Source: Opitutales bacterium
GTDB taxonomy: Bacteria; Verrucomicrobiota; Verrucomicrobiia; Opitutales; JABSRG01
Direction: 5' to 3'
Length of the DNA: 10,522 nt
NCBI GenBank assembly: GCA_049599475.1
Contig: JBMYOQ010000112.1
Coordinates: 1 to 10,522 of the forward strand
The position numbers and the translations under genes are program-made. Under the pieces are notes generated by a model. That model made no database searches and was not told where the DNA came from. It worked only from the letters and a program-made list of their open reading frames with translations. Below are positions 1 through 7,500 of the stretch, in pieces. Positions within the stretch are counted from its first letter, which is position 1; each line of letters opens with the position of its first letter.

Positions 1-1
1 C

Positions 2-75
2 TTCCGTAACACCGAGCTATATTACGGAAAATGAGTTTTTCAGAACACCGAGTATGACTACGTAAAAAACAGTTT
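2..75. promoter_or_regulatory. Tandem imperfect ~36-bp direct repeat containing an 8-bp inverted repeat; candidate operator sites upstream of the operon
   Basis: AACACCGAG-N6-TACGGAAAA at 8-31 and AACACCGAG-N6-TACGTAAAA at 44-67 (period 36). The first copy carries a perfect inverted repeat, TTCCGTAA (2-9) / TTACGGAA (22-29). AGTTT follows both copies (34-38, 71-75). The repeat is seen directly; the regulatory role is inferred from its position. Confidence 0.45.
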
Positions 76-120
76 AAAAAAATCGCTTGATTTGAATTGG
101 ACGCGAGTTCACAAATGACG
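64..120 (+). promoter_or_regulatory. Possible promoter region (A-tracts followed by a -35-like hexamer)
   Basis: A-tracts at 64-69 and 76-82 (UP-element-like) are followed by TTGATT (87-92) and overlapping TTGAAT (92-97). No convincing -10 hexamer lies at 16-18 bp spacing. Confidence 0.2.
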
Positions 121-161
121 TCTGACGAAAAGCTCTCCGGACCCCTTCAATCTCTCTTCTT

Positions 162-965
162 ATGTTAAAATGCGTTAGCCTGTTTCTTTTTCTGGCGGCC
201 TCCTCTTCTATGATCCTCGCGAAGGAAGCCGTAAACCTGCCTGAAGAGACGCTTGAGGAATCTTTTTCTAAACTCACACCGAGGAAGTCGCGAGAGATTG
301 AACACGGAGAAGGTGACAATAAGCGGAAGATTAAATTCCACCGCCTGTCCAAAAAGGATGCGGAGAAGCCTCTGAAAGATCATAAAAAGAAGGAGCAAAA
401 AAAGCTCGATGAACAAGCGGAAGCTGCACGTCAGGAGATTGATACGAAGTATTTCGACGATGCGGGTAATTTCGTTTACCCGAAACGGCATAGCTTGATT
501 TTTGTCTCAGCAAGTGAGCTCGAGAATGGCCAGCACTACCTTGAGTGGACTGATGGCATGACGGGGCAATCTGCTACGGCGCTCAGCAATTTGGATTTTG
601 CTTCATTGAAGCCAACCATAACGATGGAGACAGAGGTGTCCCACGATACGATCCTTCTGTTTCACTTCCCGTATTGGGAAAGTAGTCCAATGAAGAATTG
701 GAGCGATGACGTTTTCGATGAAATGCCTTTGGTCAATTTCAGTGAGACTAGGTCGGAATTCGCAGTCGTTGAAGGCAGTGAAGCTGCCGGAGATATGGAA
801 TCCGTCGTTGCCTTGGATGCCTTACACATCGCTGCAGACGAAACCCCTGAAAAAGTGAAGCGCGATAAGGATGAGAAACCGTCAGTCGTGAAGAAGAAGC
901 CAAAGAAGAAGGAAGATGTGGAAGTCTACTTCTGGCCTATCAAAAGCAAGAAACACCAAGACTAA
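162..965 (+). CDS. Secreted hypothetical protein (Sec signal peptide); putative accessory/adaptor of the Rhs cluster
   Basis: 267-aa ORF with N-terminal MLK + hydrophobic stretch + SMILA/KE, consistent with a signal peptide. It has a charged coiled region (KDHKKKEQKKLDEQAEAARQE), a globular core (LIFVSAS...YLEW...SNLDF...ALDALH) and a Lys-rich linker ending in EDVEVYFWPIKS. It lies 8 bp upstream of the next gene. Confidence 0.85.
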   Translation: MLKCVSLFLFLAASSSMILAKEAVNLPEETLEESFSKLTPRKSREIEHGEGDNKRKIKFHRLSKKDAEKPLKDHKKKEQKKLDEQAEAARQEIDTKYFDDAGNFVYPKRHSLIFVSASELENGQHYLEWTDGMTGQSATALSNLDFASLKPTITMETEVSHDTILLFHFPYWESSPMKNWSDDVFDEMPLVNFSETRSEFAVVEGSEAAGDMESVVALDALHIAADETPEKVKRDKDEKPSVVKKKPKKKEDVEVYFWPIKSKKHQD

Positions 966-973
966 ATATCCTG

Positions 974-3900
974 ATGAAAAGCGCTCGTTGGATAATACTC
1001 TCTCTTTTGTTTGCGGCAGGAATTTGCAAAGCACAGACGGCATCTGATGCAAATCTTGGGCTGCGGATTGAATATGATTCTCTCATTAGCACTGCTGAAG
1101 TCAGTTGGTGGGGCACGACTGGAAAAAGTTATTTCATCCAGGCTACAGACGATCTTCTGGACGGATTTACGTATCTGCCGATTATTGAAAGCGGTTCAGA
1201 TGATGTGATTTCTTGGGGGCTTCTTTCCTCAAGTGATATGGCTTTCTATCGGATTGTATCAGTGGATACCCCCGCTGGTGGTACTGAAGGATACGATTTC
1301 GATTCGGATGATTTGACGACTCTTGAAGAGCTAAATGCAGGTTTAGATCCATTCTCAGCATTGGACCTAGACGGAGACGGTATTCCCGACGACTGGGAAT
1401 CTATTTGGAGTTCGGAAGTCGCAGTATTTCCGAATGCGATCGATTTAGTTCTTAATTGGGGTGAAGTCTCATCTTCGATATTCAAGATAAACAATCCAAC
1501 CGGGGCAGATGCGAATTATTCGATTGTAGTGACTGGGGACGAGATCGCGGGGTATTCATGGGAAGACTCAGAAACAGGCTCTGTATCATATGTCTGGAAT
1601 GATATTAGTGCTAGCGGAACTTTACTCTCCTCCATCGCCAATATTGATAGTGATTCGGAGATGATCACCCTAAGTCAATTTGTCTTTCCGTATTACGGAA
1701 GGGACTACAGTTATGTTTGGGTTTCAACAAACGGATATGTGAACTTTCGACAGGAGTATAACGATGCTACCAATGATCGCCTTCCAAAGACATCCACTCC
1801 ATACGGTGCAATTGCGCCATTCTGGGATGACCTCGATACTGGAGTCGGTGGTGATATATACTACAAGGAGGAATCGAATCGACTCATAGTCCAATATGAA
1901 GCGGTTGCCAAAGATGATGGCAGTGGTCTGAATACATTTCAGATTGTCCTGAATTCAGATGGGAAAATTGAGTTTTACTACAAAGAGATGAACGGAGATC
2001 TCGATGAAAGCACTGTCGGTATCCAAAATGTCTTTCGAAACCAGGGCATTGAGTTACGTTACAATAATCAGAATACGCTCATTTCGATTATTAATGAGTA
2101 CACGATTCATTTTTCTCCGACAAGATCTGCATTCGATATAACTCCGTTGAGTGGAGTGGTCACGAATGCTTCCGTTGAAGATCTCACACTTGAATTCAAT
2201 ACGAACAATCTGCTTCCGGGGTCATATATTGCATCATTTTCCGTTTCTCACGATGGTGCTGGAATATCACCTTGGGTAATTCCTGTAGATTTTGAAATTC
2301 CCTACGCGAAAATGACCGAGCCTTCGGACGGCTATACACTTTGGGAAGGTGAAACACTCTCATCGACTGGAGCTTACCTGCGTGCGAAGGTTATCGATGC
2401 TCCTGATGATATTGATTACGTGGAGTTTCGTTTTGGAGATACTTTAATCGGAACTGACACTGGACCCTCGAATGACGAATATCTGCGGAATTGGAGTAGT
2501 GTGCCGCCAGGAGAGCACCAAGTGTTTGCACGTGTTGTTCTCGACGACGGCTCGACCAATGATTCCAAACCCGTCCTGATTAATGTCCTTCCTGATAGTG
2601 ATAGCGATAGAATGGATGACCGTTGGGAAGAGGAGTATTTTGGTGGTATCCAAGAAGATCCGTTAGATGATTTCGATAATGACGGTGCTTCCAACCTGCA
2701 CGAATACGAAGCCGGAACCAATCCAGATGACGATACGGATACTCCGCCAAACATTCCTTCAACGGTAGTAATAACCGATCCTGCGGATGGTCTAACTGTG
2801 TTTGATGGCGACCAAGTCCACTTCAGAGCGACAGTCGCTGATACCGACTTCGGCGTAGAATATGTTAACTTTCTCTTGGACGGGAGTGTGATCGCTAGTG
2901 ACACCAACCTTAACACGATTGCGTCTGATTATGAAAATATCACACCTCCGGGGACTTACACCCTAATCGCGCGTGCTGTTGACAGGTATGGAGCGGAGTC
3001 TGATTCAGCTCCGATTACTGTAACAATCTACCCCGATGCAGATGGCGATCGCATGCCCGACGATTGGGAGACGAATAACCTTACTGACTTGTCAAATGAC
3101 GCCTCTGGCGATGCAGACTTCGATGGTTTTCCGAATATCTTCGAGTTCCATTTCGGAACGGACCCCGATGACGCGGCATCCAAGCCAGTGTATTCGCAAA
3201 CTCAAAATACGGTAAGCCCCGAGTCTGAGATTGGCGAAGTTAACTACTTCAAAGTCTACCCTGGAGCTCCTAATTCAGACTTTGAATGGGATACAATCCA
3301 AGGCGCTTTGAGCAGAGCAGATAATGTTGGTGAAGGTTTTGATATTATAGAGGTCGCTCAAGGAGTTTATAACGAGGACATTCGCATTGATGATCGTGTA
3401 TATCTGTTCGCTCCTGATGGACCTCGCTTGACCATTATCGATGGAACGGATCGCAATGACAGTGTCGTCGACTTAAATTCGGAGAGTGTTATCCATGGCT
3501 TTACTATCCAAAATGGAGGCACTACCGAGACCGTAAGCTATGGCGGAGGTATTAATGTTTCGGCGTATCAAGATGCGAACAAACCGAGACTAGTGGGTTG
3601 TGTTCTCTCCAACAACATAGCTAACCTTCAGGGAGGCGGTATTTACGTAGGGAATGGTGAGTTGACCTTGGTTTCCTGCACTGTTGTTAAAAATGATTCT
3701 GCACAAGGGCGTGCCGCATATGTGAATCCTGGTAGCAATCGAGGTCTTGTGTTGGTTAATTCGCTACTGTGGAATCCGGGGAATACTGGTTTCGAAATCG
3801 AAGGAAACCCTGCGAATGTTTCGCTCAATTCTTCGATCACGCGTGATGACAGTTCAGGAAACGTATTAATTGATGACATAGATCAAGGAACGGACAAGGT

Positions 3901-4534
3901 AGGCCTAACGCCTTGGTTCGGTATTTATGACACGTCTCCCGCCTATAATGCAGGTAGCTCAACTGAATATACAAAATGGGACATGGACCTCGAAGAGCGA
4001 ACCGATGGCCAGATCGATATTGGTGCCGATGAGGCGGTCGATGCAGATACAGACGGTATGGCGGACACATGGGAAGATTGGTATTCCGTATCAGATCCTG
4101 CGGCACATTCAGATGGTGATGACCTAACAAATCTTGAGGAGTATCAAAACCAAACCGACCCTACTAAATCGGATACTGACGGGGATGGTCTGTTGGATCA
4201 TGATGAAATTATTCTAGGCACTGATCCAACGGTGCCGGATGCTTTTGATTTGGACCAAGATCTTAATCAAGATGGCCTCGATGATTCAGTGGGAGTTGTT
4301 CTGGGCTACTCGCCTGCTGATACCGACGTTGACGGGGATGGTGTGTTGAATGCCGATGAGATTGCCCAAGGAACCAGTCCGTTTTTGCAAGATACCGACG
4401 GTGACGGTGTCAATGACGACGTAGACGCGTTCCCTACAGATCCTCTCCTTACGACTTTGGGAAGTAATGACCCTTCTGATACTACAGCACCCTTGATAAC
4501 GCTCGGTAAACCGCCCGAGGCTGTTCTTCTTTAG
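974..4534 (+). CDS. Large secreted Ca-binding multidomain adhesin-like protein (bacterial TSP3-like DxDxDG repeats, nidogen-like domain, Ig-like domains, right-handed beta-helix)
   Basis: 1186-aa ORF with signal peptide MKSARWIILSLLFAAGICKA. Many DxDxDGxxDxWE / DxDxDGxxNxxE...GTDP motifs. Nidogen-like motifs FPYYG...STNGY...IAPFWDDL...FQIVL..DG.I.F.Y. Two Ig-like domains (..T.P.DG...V.F..D...PG...L.A.A.D). Beta-helix motifs TIQGAL...VAQGVY.E.I...TIIDG...GFTIQNG...GGGI...DIGADE. Confidence 0.9.
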   Translation: MKSARWIILSLLFAAGICKAQTASDANLGLRIEYDSLISTAEVSWWGTTGKSYFIQATDDLLDGFTYLPIIESGSDDVISWGLLSSSDMAFYRIVSVDTPAGGTEGYDFDSDDLTTLEELNAGLDPFSALDLDGDGIPDDWESIWSSEVAVFPNAIDLVLNWGEVSSSIFKINNPTGADANYSIVVTGDEIAGYSWEDSETGSVSYVWNDISASGTLLSSIANIDSDSEMITLSQFVFPYYGRDYSYVWVSTNGYVNFRQEYNDATNDRLPKTSTPYGAIAPFWDDLDTGVGGDIYYKEESNRLIVQYEAVAKDDGSGLNTFQIVLNSDGKIEFYYKEMNGDLDESTVGIQNVFRNQGIELRYNNQNTLISIINEYTIHFSPTRSAFDITPLSGVVTNASVEDLTLEFNTNNLLPGSYIASFSVSHDGAGISPWVIPVDFEIPYAKMTEPSDGYTLWEGETLSSTGAYLRAKVIDAPDDIDYVEFRFGDTLIGTDTGPSNDEYLRNWSSVPPGEHQVFARVVLDDGSTNDSKPVLINVLPDSDSDRMDDRWEEEYFGGIQEDPLDDFDNDGASNLHEYEAGTNPDDDTDTPPNIPSTVVITDPADGLTVFDGDQVHFRATVADTDFGVEYVNFLLDGSVIASDTNLNTIASDYENITPPGTYTLIARAVDRYGAESDSAPITVTIYPDADGDRMPDDWETNNLTDLSNDASGDADFDGFPNIFEFHFGTDPDDAASKPVYSQTQNTVSPESEIGEVNYFKVYPGAPNSDFEWDTIQGALSRADNVGEGFDIIEVAQGVYNEDIRIDDRVYLFAPDGPRLTIIDGTDRNDSVVDLNSESVIHGFTIQNGGTTETVSYGGGINVSAYQDANKPRLVGCVLSNNIANLQGGGIYVGNGELTLVSCTVVKNDSAQGRAAYVNPGSNRGLVLVNSLLWNPGNTGFEIEGNPANVSLNSSITRDDSSGNVLIDDIDQGTDKVGLTPWFGIYDTSPAYNAGSSTEYTKWDMDLEERTDGQIDIGADEAVDADTDGMADTWEDWYSVSDPAAHSDGDDLTNLEEYQNQTDPTKSDTDGDGLLDHDEIILGTDPTVPDAFDLDQDLNQDGLDDSVGVVLGYSPADTDVDGDGVLNADEIAQGTSPFLQDTDGDGVNDDVDAFPTDPLLTTLGSNDPSDTTAPLITLGKPPEAVLL
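1550..2119 (+). other. Nidogen (NIDO)-like domain within the 974-4534 protein
   Basis: aa ~193-382: GYSWEDS...YVWNDI...FVFPYYGRDYSYVWVSTNGYVNF...LP....P.GAIAPFWDDLD...GDIYY...LIVQY...TFQIVLNSDGKIEFYY...STVGIQN. Recognised by motif only. Confidence 0.7.
2300..3172 (+). repeat. Protein-level tandem duplication of an [Ig-like domain + TSP3-like Ca-binding repeat] module (2 copies, ~147 aa period)
   Basis: Copy 1 (~2300-2740): TEPSDG...YVEF..GD..I..DT...PPG...PVLINVL-PDSDSDRMDDRWE...DFDNDGASNLHEYEAGTNPDD. Copy 2 (~2750-3172): TDPADG...YVNF.LDG..I..DT...PPG...PITVTIY-PDADGDRMPDDWE...DADFDGFPNIFEFHFGTDPDD. The PDxDxDRM motifs start at 2591 and 3032, 441 nt apart. Confidence 0.8.
3293..4033 (+). 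other. Pectin-lyase-like right-handed beta-helix domain with a DIGADE-type cap, within the 974-4534 protein
   Basis: aa ~774-1020: TIQGALSRA...DIIEVAQGVYNEDI...GPRLTIIDG...IHGFTIQNG...YGGGI...NNIANLQGGGIY...TVVKNDS...NSLLWN...SPAYNAG...DIGADE. Confidence 0.75.
4040..4444 (+). repeat. C-terminal cluster of bacterial TSP3-like DxDxDG calcium-binding repeats
   Basis: DADTDGMADTWE, SDGDDLTNLEE, DTDGDGLLDHDE..LGTDP, DLNQDGLDD, DVDGDGVLNADE..QGTSP, DTDGDGVNDDVDAFPTDP. Confidence 0.85.
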
Positions 4535-4555
4535 ACCTTTTAGATTCTCTCTTCT

Positions 4556-7500
4556 ATGAAATTATATTCTTCACTCTCCGTCGCTTTAGCCGCAGGCGCA
4601 CTTTCGGCGCTATCTGGGCAGCTCACAGCCAAAGAGGAAACAAAAAAGTTCGTACCGGCCGATGCTTTTAAAGAGGTCTGGGTGCCGCCAGCTCCGGTAA
4701 AAACGAAAGACATCACTCAGCCTAAAAGAGGTGCCCGCGCCCAGAAACCAGATGTGACTTTGAAGCTGGAACGTACGCCGAGTATGAAAAGCTTAGAGTC
4801 CGCGCGATTGTTGAGAAAGCCGCTAAGAGCTACAAAGGAAGTTCCCTCTGAAAAAGAACGCAGAGAAGTTGCTAAGTTGCTCAAGCGCTTGGATGCGGAT
4901 GGGGGGCATTTCAATACTGCGAACTGTGCTAAAATCGAAAAATTTGTCTCAGATAATCCAGACTCGCCTTTCAATGTAAGCTTACTCCTTGAGAAATCTC
5001 GCATCGAATGGACTCACGGCTATTTCACTCTAGCACTGGATTCCCTCCGAGATGCTTGGGCAATCGAAAGCGCAGATCTTACTGATGAAGCCGCGCGTCT
5101 CAGAGATATCGCGTTCGCTGAATTGGCCGAAAAATTAGGAAACTTGGGTCAACGCGAAGAATTAAGAAGTCTCATTGCTGAGGCGAAAGAGCGCACTCTG
5201 GGCGGCACCGCTGCCGAAGCCTTGATTAAAGCCGAAGAGGTTCTCTGGTTCTTTGATAATCAGGCAGAGCAAAATGTATTCTGTGGATTTACCGCAACAA
5301 ATGCAGTTTGTGTCCCTCTTGGGCATAAACCTATTTTCCCGGATGTTCATGATGAGCAAGAAGAGCGTGAATTTATCGAGAATGGCCTTTCGCTCTACGA
5401 GTTGCGTGCGCATAGCCATGAGGCGGGAGGCGATATTGAACTTTACAAGAGGGGCAATTCAAAGGGGATTCCTGTTCCTTCAGTTATTCATTGGAACTTT
5501 AACCATTACTCCGCAATTACTGAACAAGATGGTGATCTCTATCGCGTCAAAGACTTTCACTTAAAGGTGGATACTTGGGTAACACTCGATGCCCTTGAGC
5601 TTCAAATGAGTGGTTATTTTGCCATGTCTGCTTCTGTGTCAGTTCCCGCAGGGTTTGAGCCCGTAGACGATGCCGAAGCGAAGACTATTTTCGGGCGACA
5701 CTGCACCCACGGTCGAGGTGATGAAGGAAGTGACAACGGAGGGGGAGGCAATGAGGACGATTGCGCGATGGCTACCTACAGTTTCCGCTTCCTCAATCCG
5801 GGTCTTGAATTACACGACACCCCCATCTCTTATTCGCCACCTTATGGCCCATCGATTAATTTCAAACTAAATTACGATCAGCGGAGCACGAGTATCCCAG
5901 ACATTCAGGACTTCGGTAATTTTGGACCACGATGGACACACAATTATTTGAGCTATGTAGATATCGTGGGATCAGGAACGCCAGCGTCTAGTGTCGAGGT
6001 CGTTTTTGGTGACGGCACCTACTTTAGTTACAGTTATAATACTTCAGCAGGAACCTACACCACCGCTTACGGAGATCGTCCGCGTCTTGACTACATCGCT
6101 GCGGGTGCCGGTGGCCCTGCTTATCAGATGACTTACAATGACGGTTCCATAAAAATATTCGGTCAGGGGGATTCTGGTTCACCCACGCGCTTTTTCCTTA
6201 CCGAAATATCCGACCCGCAGGATAACTCTGTTACCCTTCAGTATGACGCTAACCTTCGGATTACTTCAATTTTTGATGCGCTTGGTCAGGAAACGACACT
6301 CTCTTACACTCCTGACGCAGGGGCAAATGTAGCGAGTGATACAGACAAAATTAGATCTATCACCGATCCGTTTAACCGCACTGCTTTGTTCAAATATACG
6401 GCTTCTGGTCAACTCTTTCAGATTATCGACCCAGAGGGTATTGTTTCCGAATTTAGCTACGATAATGGAGATTTTATCGATGCTTTCACAACGCCTTATG
6501 GAACATGGACGATTGATTTTGGAACTGTTCCAAATACGACCAATAATGTTAACGGCCTCTATATCGAGGTAACAGATCCATATGGGGATAAAGAACGTGT
6601 CGAGCAATTCGACGCGAGCCTTAGCCAATACAACCCTTCTGGGACAGAAACCCTTGCGCCAAGCTCGGTTGATGTTGACGGATCAAGCGTTTCTTTTATG
6701 CCCAAAAATTCGGACCTTGGTTGGAGAAACACCTTTCATTGGGACAAGCAACAGATGCAATATCATGCGGGTGACTATTCAAAGGCCACGGTTCACAATT
6801 GGCTGGCTGAAAACAATACAATCGTCGGAGTTAAAGCTAGTATCAAAAGGCCGGAAGAGGGCCGAGTCTGGTTCAATTACCCTGGACAAACCAGCTCGCA
6901 TGCTCCGGGCACATTCGATAGCCCTTCCAAAATTGTGCGTGCCGTTGAGGATGAAACTGGGACTCAAACATGGTCTATGTCTCAGAATGAGTATGACGCT
7001 AACTATGGAAAGCTTTCCAAGACCATTGATCCACTCGGGCGCGAAGTCGTTTACGAATATAATCCTTTAGGGACAGTGCCTGGTGCGATTACCGGTATCG
7101 ATCTCACGGCAATGAAAGTCAAAAATGCTTCCGGTAGTTACGAGACCATTACCTCATACTCAGATTACGTCGGAGGCTTACCACAGACGATCACTGAAGC
7201 ATCAGGTCTCGTCACGTCCTACCTCTACAATACTGAGGGGCAGACCACCCAAATAACTCTCAGTAAGGGCGGGAATTCTGAAGTAACAAAATTCATTTAT
7301 GATGAAGATCTCGATGGCACGCCTGATGCCAGAGGTTACTTAATTGAAGTGCAGACTACCGATCCCGAAAACCCAAGTGGATTCGTAACAGTCTCTCGAT
7401 ACACTTACGACGGCTTCGGACGCGTGCGCACGGAGACAAATGTTGATGGCTACACGCTGACCTTCGATTACGATAATTTTGATCGTGTCACGCTCATTTC

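Noticed and set aside
2..29. Inverted repeat considered as an intrinsic terminator or IS end
   Set aside because: The stem is AT-rich with a 12-nt loop, no U-tract follows directly on the + strand, and there is no transposase or matching second end.
2..75. 36-bp periodic repeat considered as a CRISPR array
   Set aside because: Only two imperfect, adjacent copies with no unique spacers between them and no cas genes in the window.
1013..1027. Possible lipobox (AAGIC) in the 974-4534 signal peptide; Cys4 of gene 1 also considered
   Set aside because: Ile at -1 and Gly at -2 do not fit [LVI][ASTVI][GAS]C, and a signal peptidase I site (CKA/QT) follows. Cys4 of gene 1 comes before the hydrophobic region.
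3293..4033. Calling the beta-helix an active polysaccharide lyase
   Set aside because: Fold motifs are visible, but no family-specific catalytic residues can be assigned by eye.
4478..4560. Genes 974-4534 and 4556-9970 as one gene split by a nonsense mutation (they share a reading frame)
   Set aside because: Two in-frame stops intervene (TAG 4532-4534 and TAG 4541-4543), and the second gene begins with its own signal peptide and the same pre-ATG motif as gene 1.
4556..5770. T6SS (PAAR/VgrG) or Tc-toxin B-subunit domains at the Rhs N-terminus
   Set aside because: No PAAR motifs or SpvB/FG-GAP repeats are visible. The region reads as signal peptide + helical repeats + C39-like domain.
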